NCBI RefSeq assembly: GCF_001194135.2
Contig: NC_068981.1
Coordinates: forward strand, 168,255,967-168,297,869
Source of the DNA: Octopus bimaculoides
Taxonomy: Eukaryota
Reading direction: 5' to 3'
DNA length: 41,903 bases
A program made the position numbers and the translations under genes. Shown here piece after piece: positions 10,796 to 23,899 of the stretch; position 1 is the first letter of the stretch, and each line of letters starts with the position of its first letter. The notes under the pieces are model-generated. The model was not told the origin of the DNA. It ran no database searches and saw nothing but the letters and a program-made list of their open reading frames with translations.

Positions 10796-11224
10796 ATATA
10801 TTCTTTTGTTTTGTCCTGCATTTTAACAAAAAACTACAAATTGAAATTGAATGACAATTTTGGAATGTTTTTACTCTTGCTGGAATTTCAATATCGTTTT
10901 AAATTCCTTAGATTCTAATTAAATTCATTGACGGAAAGTTTTAGAAAAAAATACAGAATGTAAAATATAGTTGAATATATAGCCGTTAAAAATATAATAG
11001 ACTCTATGATGTTTTAGAACTCTTATATTAAAATATACATAAACCTTAGTATACTTCTGGTAGCAGACTTTTATGTGGTCACTTGGCCTGCTGAAAATAG
11101 CAACCAAAGTTCCTTCATGTTATGTTCTACCATCTTACAAAGCCTGAGACACAGTATGTCAGAAAAAAGACAAGGTAGACACAGCTGGAAAATCTTGTTA
11201 TATAACAAAGTTGAACCCTTAAGA

Positions 11225-11410
11225 TCATCGTCATCATCATCAAACATCCATTTTCCATGCTGGCATGTGTTGGACAGCTTGACAGAAACTGGCAAGGCCA
11301 GGAGCCATACCAAGTTCCATAGTCTGTTTTGGCTTGGTTTCTATGGTTGGATACTCTTCATTAAGCCAACCACTTACTGGGTGCATTTTACATGACACCA
11401 GCATCCACAC
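11225..11410 (-). mobile_element. Older family-A tail, inverted
   Basis: tcatcgtcatcatcatcaaacatccattttccatgctggcatgtgttggac...caaccacttactgggtgcattttacatg. Confidence 0.7.
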
Positions 11411-12462
11411 CAATACTTTTTATGTGGCACATTGGTTTTAGGATCTCGATTCTGTTTTGGTGGGTGGGTCTTCTTAAGATGTTCATTTAGAACTTAGAAG
11501 ACATAATTAAATTTCAAATACTGTATGGTATTTATGTAGTCCAACATAATACCATTTTGGGCAACAAAAGGAGCCTCTATATGGTTGCTCAATCTGGTAG
11601 TAACTGAATCTCCCTCAAGTTACACCCTGTCATCTTAAACAAAGATGGAATACATTTAACAATGTCCTAGATACGTTTTAAAAGACAGGAAGGTCATGAT
11701 TGAAATGCCTTTGATCAAACATTTGCTGTATCAGGAAAGCCCTGGGGTGAAATACCAAGCACCATTTGTGACTTGAACCAATTCCATATCACCCCTCCAC
11801 TCATATCTGTGTACTTATAAGGATACATTATGAGAGATTGACCAAGGTACATTAAGTTCTGGAGTAGATGGGATAGTCATGACTGATATGCTTTTGATCA
11901 TAGGTTGGCCTCTTTGAAACTGCTTTAAGGTTAAGGAACAACAACTACAGCAAATCTGAATTTTGTTGCTTTCAAATTAGTTTATATTTTCTTTTGAAAA
12001 TAAAATACAGAAAAAACAGTCCTAGCAGTCCATGCTAAGAATAAGCTTTGCCTTCAGCTTTTGCCAAATTCTATCTGTTTATTAGTAGGAAATGTTATTG
12101 AAGTCTTCTTACTAGAGGAAGAAAAAAAAAGAAAAGCTATTAATATTGATTTAAAATAAATTGAAACTTGTTTTGCTATTCTATTCTAACCTTATTTTTC
12201 ACTTACTAGTTCATTCTCCAATAATTTTTAGTTTTTCGTACTGCTATATAAAAACGTATCACTGAGCTGAGTTTGAACTTGGGAGAACTTTATAGCTTTT
12301 TCAACTCAAGATTTCAATGTCACGATCTCTGTGATGGGTAGAAAAATCTGTTAAGAAAGTAAACCAATTAAAACACAGTACACGACATGGAACAAAAGTT
12401 GAAAAATAAAATTAATAGTTAAAGAATTACAAATTATTTAACACTAACTTGTCTCAGGTTTA

Positions 12463-13011
12463 TGAGGGTGAGTCAAAAAGTAATGCCATTTTGTTAAGGA
12501 CAGGTATAATTACCAACACAGGAACATGTATCATACATCAAAATGAAGCTGGTCCTCTGTGAATCACATCCCTACTTCTCAACATAGTCACCGTTTCTCT
12601 CAATAGCAATGTTCCACCTTCGAATGAGAGCATGTATCCCTGCCCCATAAAATTCTGTTGACTGTTCTTTGAGCCACTTCTTCACTACAATTTTCACTTC
12701 CTCATCACTGGACTATCATCTCTTTGGCCCCATGAAAGAGGGTTTGAGAGACAAACATTATTCCAGTGACAAGGAAGTGAAAACTGTGGTGAAGGCGTGG
12801 CTCAAAGAATAATCAACAGAATTTTACGGGGCAGGGATACATGCTCTCATTCGAAGGTAGAACATTGCTATTGAGAGAAATGGTGACTATGTTGAGAAGT
12901 AGGGATGTGATCCACAGAGGACCAGCTTCATTTTGATGTATGATACATGTTCCTGTGTTGGTAATTATACCTGTCCCAAACAAAATGACATTACTTTTTG
13001 ACTCACCCTTG
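12463..13011. mobile_element. Mariner-derived fold-back element: 250-bp inverted arms around a 49-bp spacer, TA target duplication
   Basis: TA|tgagggtgagtcaaaaagt ... actttttgactcacccttg|TA. Arms 12463-12712 and 12762-13011 differ at about 17 positions with no gaps. Spacer plus right arm translate as DYHLFGPMKEGLRDKHYSSDKEVKTVVKAWLKE*STEFYGAGIHALIRR*NIAIERNGDYVEK*, a mariner transposase C-terminus. Confidence 0.9.
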
Positions 13012-13218
13012 TATAATTGATACTGATTCATTAAACATTTCAAATAAATTAGAAAAATGTATTTTATTACATTTTCTTCCAGTTAGTTTTTAAGTGTGAC
13101 TTTTTCCCCCTTTTCCTTGCCCTGTTATGATGATCACAGTTTATTACAAGGAAAAAAGATATTGAATTTTTGTATTATTCTCTGCAGTTGATTTTTTTCA
13201 CTAATATCTTATAGGAAC

Positions 13219-13600
13219 AGGCATGGCTATGTGGTTAAGAAGTTGCTTCTCAACCATATGGTTTCAGATTAGGTCCCACTGCGCAGCACCTTATGCAAGT
13301 ATCTTCTGTAGCGCTGGGCTGACTAATGTCTCGTGAGTAAATTTGAGAGACTGAAATTGTATGAAGTTCATTGTGTGTGTGTGTGAATTTTTACATACTG
13401 TGTGATTCTCATTAAATATCAACTGAGCTACAAGCAGTGAAGTTTGTTGTCATTTCTTTGTCAAAAAATTGTCCACTTGCACTGTATGAAAAACCTGTAT
13501 GGGTTAATGACAAGAAGGACATCCAGCTGTAATACAGTGCCTCAAAAAATATATATTCATGTAGCCCAAGTTAAGATGGAAAAAAAAGCATAAATGATTG
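13219..13600 (+). mobile_element. Family-B SINE head joined to a degenerate family-A tail
   Basis: aggcatggctatgtggttaagaag...gtcccactgcgcagcacc..., then gacaagaaggacatccagctgtaa near 13510-13535. Confidence 0.65.
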
Positions 13601-16311
13601 AACAAACAAGATATTGACTATGTTCCTAAGAGATGTAAACTGTCTAGTATAGGGTTAGATCAAATAAAGACTTTGATGAGGTTGTTAAGTTGTACCATTG
13701 AATTAGTGTTATAGTAACTCAATAGCTAACTCAATGTTTATGTAGTTCATGTAAGAAGTATTAAAAAGCTAATTGGAAATAATTATCTAATGAGGAGAAA
13801 ACAATTTAGTTGATGACTGATATTCCTTTCATTTTATTCAGCAAATACGGGAGATGATTCCAAATATATTTTGATCTTGTTATAACTACCATAGCCTTCA
13901 CTGTACACACCAAAGTAGTGATGAAAGAATTGCTAAATAAGTAATATATAAGCTTGTACATTTATCGGTATAGGTAAATATAGTTGTTTACAAAATAAAT
14001 GGGACACCATCTGCATGAAAAACAATAGTTAAATTTGTGTTAAGAAATTTAATGAGTGGGTAGAACATTAAAAACTGAATAATACCATCTACATAGAGAA
14101 TGTTATATTGAGAACATATATTTCAAAACACAAATAATGTTGGTGGTAATATTGGAAGTATCAAGACATGTAATTGCCAACATATTGTGTATGTGGTGGA
14201 GAATAGGATGTTAAATTTATATTTATCAATTTTCTTTTGGAATAATTCTTGCAACATTTATTGAATTTTGTATGGGTTTTAAAGAAGGAATCCATATCGT
14301 TTTGATCTTATTTGCTGTTAATAAAATAGTTTTTATTTACAGTTTTTATATATATATATATATATATATATGTTTAAAGATTACTTGCCTCTAACATCAG
14401 ATGCTTGTAAAGATGTCTTTTGCATGAGAATGGTACAGTCTTCTGAAAATGACTCTTAAATGTCTATCCATTTTTACACTTGTTTTCATCTGCGCATATT
14501 TACTTCTTTGCTCTTTCCCCAATCAATCTTTCTTTCTTTGCTCTTCTGTTGCTTTTTTTTTTTTATAATGTCTTCATGGTACATGCTGCAAAAATAATCT
14601 GACTGTTCTTTTTCTTTTCAAACTATGGTAAGTACTTGTATACCACACAGTAATCACTTGTATCCCACCTTCCCTCTGGTTCAGAAATACTGCTCTGGGG
14701 TGTTTTGGCTGTTGGTCTCCTTTTCTTGTGCTATTGTTTTTAATGCTCCTCTATAATTTATTACATCCTATCACTTGTAACAGTCTCATATATTTATATT
14801 ATAAATTGATAAATGTAAACTATTTGCAAAATCATTGGTAGTAATTTCAAAAGTATTGAGCGATTTCGGTTTAAATAAAATCCACTGGAAAATAAAAACT
14901 TTTTTTTTTAATATTTTCATTCAGAAAATCTTTTTAGACCAGTTGTTTTCACAGCTGGATACTTATCTTTCCCACTACTGGTCTTACCTGTATTTTCAGA
15001 ATTAAACTATTTTAAAGTATGGCAAATTGATACAATATTTAGTTATAAGCATTGCCCATCTTTATTTTAGTTTGCCTGATTTTTCAACAGTTGACAGATT
15101 TTCATTTTTTAACAGTTGTGAGGTTGGTAGTAGAAAAATGTAGTGAAATAAATACGCAAAAGTTTTCAGCAATATGGAAAAGTATCCCACCCATGCTAGC
15201 AAGGAAAAAATGGATACAAAGCAATAAATAAATGCTTAATTGAATATACAGTGTATGCTTGAATCAAGAACTTAAGGTTTCTACAAAACATCATTCAGGA
15301 GTCAGATTTTTGCGAAATTTTGTAAAAACAAATTCAGTAAAAGCACAACACAGCCAACATAAAGATAAATAATGAAAAGAAGAAAATTACAAAAACAATA
15401 ACTATTGTTCAGAATGCAGTCTAATCAAAAAAACTTAGGTATTCCATATAAGCTAATAATTATCAATACTATAATAATTACCAAGGTATCTTTTGTGTTA
15501 CATAAAATCTCAAATTTTGAATATCTTCATATGTATGTAACTGTAGAATTAAGTAACAATGAAAATTAAGAATGTTTTGAATATTCCTGAGAAAGAATTC
15601 AGTTTAACAGATTACTGCATATGTTCCAAATATAGGCATCTATTCTTTACAAAACTTTGTATATGAATTTTTAACTGACATAATGCAACATTTTGATTAT
15701 TTTTGTGTATGTAAAATATTGTTCTGATAATATTTGGTAGATATCACATATAACTACTGTTACGTATGTTTAGGAAATTTTTGAAAATAATATAGTGACC
15801 TGTCAAGAATGCAGCCTAGGGTCGAGAAACTAAACACTGGAATGATTAAGATATGCAACCTAATACATACATACATATAAATAATGCGTGTGTATGTATT
15901 ACATTGAGATTATTGGAACAATGCAAGATATACTACAATATAGAAGATGACTGTTGAGCAAAAAGAGACTAATATGAAAGAACTCTCTCATTCCTGGGCT
16001 ATACCTAAACACAAAATCTGAGTATTTGCTCCATGCTTGCATAAAAGGGAGTCCATCCTCTGTAATGGTGTAGACTGCTATAAAAGCTTTTCACCTACTA
16101 TAAAAGTTATAAAATCATTTCATCTACTCCAGTTATTTCTTGCTGCTTGATCTTGGTATCAGAGTATGGCCTTCTATCACATCTTGTGTGCATTTTGTTT
16201 CTTTCTCTCTACGTCTGACATCATTTATCTTTCTGTTTTTTTCTTTCTCTCATTATCTCCTATCTGTTTTTATTTTTGTCTCTTTGTTCACCATATTTTT
16301 TCTTTTCTACT

Positions 16312-16602
16312 CCAGCCTCAGGCCGACCAAAGCCTTGTGAGTGGATTTGATAGATGGAAAACTAAAAGAAGCCCATTATATATATCTAAGTGTGTGTGTC
16401 TTTGTGCTTATCTCCCACCACTGCTTGACAACTGGTGTTGGTGTGTTTGTGTCTTCATAACTTAGCGGCTCAGCAAAAGAGACCGATAGAGTAAGTACCA
16501 GGCTTAAAAAAATAAGTACTGGTGTCAATTAATTCAACTAAGACTTCTTCAAGGCAGTGCCCCAGCATGGCCGTTGTCTTATGACTGAAACAAAAGATAA
16601 GA
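16312..16602 (+). mobile_element. 5'-truncated family-B SINE with the second tail type
   Basis: ggccgaccaaagccttgtgagtggatttg...cttgacaactggtgttggtgtg...ccagcatggccgttgtcttatgactgaaacaaaag. Confidence 0.75.
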
Positions 16603-16844
16603 TATATAGTGGAACTGGCTCTACAGCCCTTTATTACAGGTTGTTTTAATTTGCACATCTAATGATCACAGGTCTTTTCTTGTATGACAGTTATGTGGTC
16701 TATTAAATTCACATGATCATTATATAAAATGTGCGTGTGAGAGAGCTATACATGTATACATATGTATATGTTCATATAATAGGTTGAAGAAATAAAGTGT
16801 TTATAGGTGTGTGAGTAATGTATGAGACATGAATGTTTTATCTT

Positions 16845-16890
<46 letters not shown>

Positions 16891-16891
<1 letters not shown>

Positions 16892-17036
16892 CATCATCAT
16901 CATCATCATCGTTTAACGTCCGCTTTCCATGCTAGCATGGGTTGGACGATTTGACTGAGGACTGGTGAAACTGGATGGCAACACCAGGCTCCAATCTAAT
17001 TTGGCAGAGTTTCTACAGCTGGATGCCCTTCCTAAC
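16891..17036 (-). mobile_element. Young family-A (RTE) tail, inverted
   Basis: (cat)n gtttaacgtccgctttccatgctagcatgggttggacg...ggatgcccttcctaac; three substitutions relative to the copies at 61-206 and 10657-10795. Confidence 0.85.
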
Positions 17037-18029
17037 ACACACACACACATACACCATCAGATGTGTGTAAGTACATATGACTGTGGGCAAATGTGTATGG
17101 TAACCTCAGACTGGCCAATGCTTTGTGAGTCAGTTTGGTTGATGGAAACTACAAAGCCTGTATGTGAATGTGTGTGGTCTGTGTTTGTATTTCTATGTGA
17201 TGGGAAAGTTTGAAGGTATGTATGTAAATATATATAGATATATATATAGGTTGTAAATGGATGCAGCCAAGTGAGCATGTATGTCCAAATGATTGATATG
17301 AAGAAACCAGGGATATCATTCAACTGCAGATTAATCATCTAGTGATATCAATCCCTTGCTTGGAATAACATTGATTATTTTTAATGTTAATACCAATATT
17401 TGTATATATTTTCACTTTATTTTATAAATATTTCCAGTACATTTATTTTTGATTAAATATATTTGATGTGATTATTGATTGTACAGATACATTAGTGTTA
17501 TATATAAACCGAAAAGTAGATAACACAACTTTGATAGGCAATTGTACAAAAAACCTTCATTCTAAATTTGTCTAAACCCAAATCTGAGTCCTGACTCTGC
17601 AGAAATTCAGTAATTAAATTTGTTTGTGAAAAGTAATAACTCCAAAAATTATATATTTTTTATAAGCATAAAACAAGAAATAAATTTTAAAAAGACAATG
17701 AATTTTAAGATCCCATTAAATTATAGGGGAAAAAATCAGTAATATCTGTATTTAATAAAATAATTACCTCATACAGGAAACCCAAGATTTCTTTTGATTA
17801 GATTGTCATGATTAACTTTACTTTCTTGAGGATGGTTATTGCTCTTATTGGAATGGAATTTTTCATATATCTTTTTATCTTTATTTACGTAGGTTGTGTT
17901 TTGTTTTTATAGAATTTTGAATAAATATGAATGGCATAATGTATTTTTCAGTACTGGCTCTTGAAAGAAGCTATTGGGAACTTGAAATTCCCAATTCAAG
18001 TGTAGAACCTGTATTCAAATAAAATAAAC

Positions 18030-18580
18030 CATGTGATTTTGGGTTTGTTCCTGCTGTGTAGTACTGTGGCAGGTGTCTTCTACAATTGCCTTGTAGAAAA
18101 TGCTTGGCACAGTGCCACACTGCAGGAACAAACTTAAAATAGCCTTGTGATGACCAATGCTTTATGAGTGAATTTGATAACTGGAAATTCTCACTCTCTC
18201 TTTCTCTATCCCTCCTTCCCTCCCCCTTTCACTCTCTCTTTTCCGACTGAGGTAATCATGTATCTCACAAGAACTATCTCTTTAACACTATTCTTTTTAA
18301 GCTCTCATCAACTGACACAAAGCCACCTCCCTCAATACTACTGCTCCTTTCAGTCGAGGGGATTTTTGTGTTGCACGATACTTGGTGACCCTGCTGGTGC
18401 TGGTACCACAAAAAAAGCACCTAGTTACACACTGTAGTGGTTGACATTAGGAAGGGCATCTAACTGTAAAGAGCCATGCCAAAACAGACAATAGAGCTTG
18501 GCACAGTTGTGTGGTTTGCCGACTCCTGTTAAACTGTCCATTTTATGCCAGTATGGAAAACAAACATTAAATGATGATTT
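18030..18580 (+). mobile_element. Degenerate family-B head plus family-A tail
   Basis: gcaggtgtcttctacaattgcc...atgagtgaatttgataactggaaa; later attaggaagggcatctaactgtaaa...atgccagtatggaaaacaaacattaaatgatgat. Confidence 0.55.
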
Positions 18581-19040
18581 TATATATGTGTGTGTTATTT
18601 ATATGGATGTATAAGTGTATGTCTTTGTGTTTTTCCATTTGTTTCTTGACATTATTTATTTGCTTAGCATAAAATAATGTCACTGTTGGTTTTATGCTAA
18701 CATGGAGAAAACATAAATGATGATGATGATATTTTAATGAATAGAAGCACTCCACAACATTGGGATAAGTAGAAATTTTAGGTATACTTAGGCACCTGTG
18801 TTTTTAATCAACACACATTGAACCTCACTGTAATAAGGTACACAGAGAAAGCAGTGGTTTGCCTTTTACGTTGTTGGCTGACAGCATTGCAGAGACAGTA
18901 ACTTAACTAATTCTGCTGTGCCTGGGTTTCCAGAAGCAAGCACCTAGTCCCATGCACACTTACCACCTCTCCTCTCATGGATACTATGTTCACAGTATCC
19001 TTGAAGCTATATAGACATGAAATATTGGTTAAATCATATA

Positions 19041-19226
19041 CGAGGGGGGTGTTGAAGTTCCTGGTTTTGGGTAAAAGAAAATACAGAATGATCAGTTAAT
19101 TATGATTTTATTCAATATATTCTCCTCTCAGATTCATACACTTATTGCAGTGGTCCGTCAGTTCTTCTAAGCCCTGTAAAAAAAGGTTGGGCCTCCAACC
19201 AGGCCTTAAAGCCAGGAACACCCTCA
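19041..19226. mobile_element. Short Tc1/mariner-type MITE (186 bp) with TA target duplication
   Basis: TA|cgaggggggtgttgaagttcctgg ... ccaggaacaccctca|TA; same family as 9325-9516. Confidence 0.75.
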
Positions 19227-19724
19227 TATATCTGCCTTACAGTCCCTCCTGGATTTTCTGTAGAGGTTTATCTTTTAATCTTCTTTAAATGCTCATGGGT
19301 TTATTATTATTATAGTGCACATGGTTTGTGCAGAACCAATCCCACACTCTTGTCTTTTGAACTTGTAATAGTCGAGTGTCACAATCAGGATTTGTATGGA
19401 GTTACCTTCTCTTGGACGAGTGGAAGGGCTTCATCCTACCCTAGTCCATTGAAATGACTGTGAGTGACCTTCAGGAGGCAATTCTGTGACATGCTTATTA
19501 AACCATAGCTGGGACTCTACCAGGTGTTACTAGTTCAGGTTAGAACTGAGAACAACAGTGGGGTAAGAGGTAGTTCCACACACCTTAAACTCTATAACTT
19601 CTGAACAAGCCTCCCCCCCTGTTGGATGCTGTTTAAAGTTATGTCCAGGGGAATAGTAGCTAGTAGTTTATAGGTATTCTCTTTGTAATCAGGAATAAAT
19701 AAAGATAAGTGTCTTTTACTTTAG

Positions 19725-20060
19725 CCATGGGCCAATCAAAGCCTTGTGAGTGGGTTTGATTGTCAGAAACTGAAAGAAGACCAGATATATGTATACATGT
19801 ATAAATGTTTGTGCTTGCATGTGTTTATATGTTCATTTACATTTACTTTTCTCTGAAAATCACTCAGCTCTTGGCAGTGATGTTGCTGTCATTTCCCCTA
19901 TCAACGGTTCATCTCTTACCTTTTCACTTCTGTGGAATAAGATGTGAAGTAGATATGAGTTAGTGACAGGTAACACATCCAGTTATAAAAACATTGCTTT
20001 GGCATGTATTTGCCTAACCCATGCTAGCATGCAAAAAATGGATGTGAAAATGAATAAATG
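19725..20060 (+). mobile_element. Degenerate family-B fragment plus family-A tail
   Basis: gccaatcaaagccttgtgagtggg...gaaactgaaagaaga; later acatccagttataaaa...ctaacccatgctagcatgcaaaaaatggatgt. Confidence 0.55.
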
Positions 20061-20464
20061 AATTCTGATGAGGCTTTAATCTAAATCAAAACCAGTCAGA
20101 TTGATCTCTTTTCCTAACCACAGAGAAAACCCTATTATTTAACCATGACATTTACCTTTTCACAATGAAGCTAAATGCATATATACTGAAAATACATGCT
20201 TGTAAGTTTACATGTGTATGTGCACAGACTTCATATTTCATAAGTTAATAAGTTTCAAGTTTATTACTGCAATCTTGCAAGTCAGCAAAGCTTTAGAATA
20301 TGATTTTGAAATGAATTTTTGCAATACGTGGGGTTTTTTTTTTGTTTTTTTTTTTCTAATCTGGAATTAGTTTTTTTAGTAAAAAATGAATTGAATTCAA
20401 TATATATATAAATAATCTTGGCAAGATAGTGTAGGCTGTATATAAATATAATCTTTTCTACTCT

Positions 20465-20670
20465 AGGCACAAGGCCTGAAAATTTTTGGGGCGGGGGCCA
20501 GTCGATTAGATCGACCCCAGTATGCAACTGGTACTTAATTTATCCAACCCGAAAGGATGAAAGGCAAAGTCGACTTTGACGGAATTTGAACTTAGAGCGT
20601 AAAGACAGACAAAATACTGCTAAGGATTTTGCCTGGTGTGCTAATGTTTCTGCCAGCTTGTCACCTTAGT
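20465..20670 (-). mobile_element. tRNA-derived SINE (family C)
   Basis: Reverse complement agctggcagaaacattagcacaccaggc...gttcaaattccgtcaaagtcgactttgcctttcatcctttcggg...aagtaccag...ggggtcgatctaatcgac, with B-box GTTCAAATTC. Confidence 0.75.
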
Positions 20671-21589
20671 ATATAAATATAATGCAAGATGTGCTGAAAC
20701 AAATAAGCTGGGCCTTTTTAAGCAACAGACAATACTTGAAGTTTTCTGTGTTGTTTCTTACCAAATTTATTTATTTATTTTGTTGTTGACTCTTTTAGAC
20801 ATTTTTCAAAATATTGGTTCTACAGTTTTAGTGCAGCATCAATTCTTTGGTATTAATTAACTAAATTCTTTTAACAAAAGTTAGTGAAAACTTAAATCTG
20901 TGTTATAAAGTCTAATTTGAAATATTTTATATCAGTAGCAATATTTAGGTTGTAGATTCAATTCATCACCCAGCTCTAAATTGTCTTTAACAAAGTCCAC
21001 TCTATTATAAGTAAATTTAAACCAAGCCTTTGGTCTAAGGTTAGCTCAATAGTTTTGATATGCTGCTTTCTATTGTAACAGCCCATGAGATGTGGTTTCT
21101 TCCTCTCTTACCAGTCTCAGAGACCTTGCAAAATGTCATGTCCTAAGCCATAAAAATAAAAAAGAATTAAAATGAACAAACAATCACTGTTTCATTTTCA
21201 CTAATCAATTAGAGAAAGGAATTGTATGTAAGTTGTAAAAGAATATCTAACTGATAACAACATAAAAGTCAAATGTTTGATGAAAAAATATCACTATGCA
21301 AGATAGCTGAGTTAGAAGTAGCTCAAGGAAAACTTAGCATGAAGTAATTTTAGACCAGAGATGAGATGCTGCAGGTAAGAGACCATAGCAAGTTTCTATA
21401 TTGTAGGTATATCCATCATGATGCAAAATAACCTCTTGACTAACTGTTGTGGTTGTTAGGAGAGAGACAAGTGATTTATTTGTAATTGTAGTTTGTTTAT
21501 TAAATTATAATCATCAGTGATAAATTTTTTTCTTTTGCTTTGTATTTTTGTTTGTTATATTGATATATTTTTTGTGGTAATTTTTCAAA

Positions 21590-21634
<45 letters not shown>

Positions 21635-23899
21635 NNNNNNNNNNNNNNNNNNNNNNNNNNNNNNNNNNNNNNNNNNNNNNNNNNNNNNNNNNNNNNNNNN
21701 NNTCTTAGTTTGCCACCCCATGCAGTATTCTGAAAACCAAGTTATGGTATGGCTAAGTTAATGCTGTGATGTATGTTAATCCATTGACCATTTCTGTCAT
21801 TTCAGATGCTGTAGATGTAACCATTATGTTTTGTTTAACCCACAAGCACATAGCTATTGCAAATGGAGGTAATTGCAAAAACCTATGTAAGAGGTTATTT
21901 GCACATATCATCTGCCAATCACTGACAAATTTATTTTATTTTTATCCCCCTCTATCTAACATATTTAGAAAACAATACTTCTATGTACAGTTTTTGCGTG
22001 GAAAAAAAGCTTGGCTTTGTCAAAATAATTTAAAGTTAAATTTTTGCCTAGTTTATCCCCAAGTTCATTTTAGGATTTGAAGAGTAAAATTCTTAAATTT
22101 AGGTATTAGATTTTTCTGAGTTTAAGAATAAGGAATATAAATTACTTATATTATAAGGAACATAGATAATTATTTCTAAGAAGGAAGGTAGATCATTTGA
22201 AGAAGAAAAATAATCCTTGAGATGAAAAATTTTTTTCAAAAATGGTTGATTTTTGACTTTGCTCCATATGTTTATCATTGTTTATTCCTCAGATCATCCT
22301 GCTTTTTATATTTTTTTTTTTACACTTTCATTATTAACTTTCTATTGTCAGCTTTTTTTAGTCACTAACACATGAACTCACTTTTTATCATAAAATAACA
22401 AGATAATTAGGAATTGGTAGTTATTCTAAATAGAAATAAGATGTAAAGGGGAAAAAAAAACATTTTGTAGCAGATTTAAATTGTAAATTAGTATTGAAAT
22501 AGTTTATACATTTTTTATCAACCTAATTTTAAAATTCTATATAGTATGTCTGTGTAGGGTTTTACTTGATGTCTATTATTTGGCAGTCAGCGTAATTGCA
22601 AAGACAAACAACTGCACCTGGGGGCAACTAAAAATGTTCTCTTTCATCAAATTTTTGTTGGGAGATGTGGTCATTAGTCACATTCCTGATCAGTTTCTAA
22701 ATATTTTCCCCCAGTATATGACTGCTTTTCTAATAAACTCCAGAGAGATTAAATTTAACCTTGATTGAATCCATACTGCCAACTGGATGTAGAGCATAAA
22801 ATATGAGACTTAAATTTCATCGCAAACTATTATCCACCAATTCTTATTTTTCTTACACCGTTGTAAGTATTTATTCTCTGTCAAAAAGAATTTTGAGAGA
22901 ATTTTCTGCAGTGAAGTCCTCAAGAAGAAACTATTTTTAAACCATTGGCTTCAGTTGTTATTACAGAACAATCCCTATGAGGAAATATTTTGCATAACAC
23001 TTGTTTTGTTAAAATAGTAGAATGGAAAAATACAATATGTTAATAGCAGGCAACATTATTGAAAAGAAATTCTTTAAGAAGTTATTATTCTATTTTGAAT
23101 GAAACTCTGGTTGCTACATTGAACATTTGATCATGTCACAATCGCTTCATCTTGCTTGATTTTTTAAAAAAATTGTGAGTTTGTTGCCAATTTGCAGCAA
23201 ACAAAACGATGTTTGTTTGTTTGTGTTTTTTAAAGAAATACACAGTTCATATATTGTTGTGAACATAAGCTGTTTGGGGGTATATGTTTTAAGGTTAACA
23301 ATCACTGAAGTTGTTTCAATAATAGTAACTTCAATTGTTAAAGCATATTTGCATGTGACTATTTGTGAAATATGCCTAAAGAATTGTTAGGTTTACTGCT
23401 TCTAATCGTTCTTTCTTAGATCTTAGCTGCCACTGAGTTTCTATAAACATCTATTGATTGCTTGCCAGTCAGTGACTTGTGCACAAGATCCACTTTAGCA
23501 GTGTCAGAAATATCCATTTTAGTGAGAGAGAGAAAGAGAGTTTGTGTGTGTTGGTAGTAAATTCATACTCTGGCATCTGATTTTAGATATGCATGGGTTT
23601 ATTAAGCATAAAGAAGCCACATGAAAGGCAAATGTTATTGGTAAAAATAAGTATATTAAGTTGGATTATATCTCCTGGGTTTCACTTAATGCAATAGATT
23701 CATGACTGTCACTCATTCTGGAACATGAAGGTTCTGAAATCAAAAGATAACCTGCTGATCTGCAGGTATGTTAGTTGTATTTTGTAGATTCTTCTTTATA
23801 TGAAGCATAGGCCGTTGATGGCTTTTCTCCTGTGTTCTTAACTCTGGGCTGTATTTTATGCTTCTCTCCAAATTGATCCCTGCTTTCAGCTGTTTTTAG

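Noticed and set aside
14628-23771. Isolated strong donors at 14628 (G|GTAAGT), 21375 (CAG|GTAAGA) and 23766 (CAG|GTATGT)
   Set aside because: Weak or absent matching acceptors, or in-frame stops; the domain alignment needs no further coding exon.
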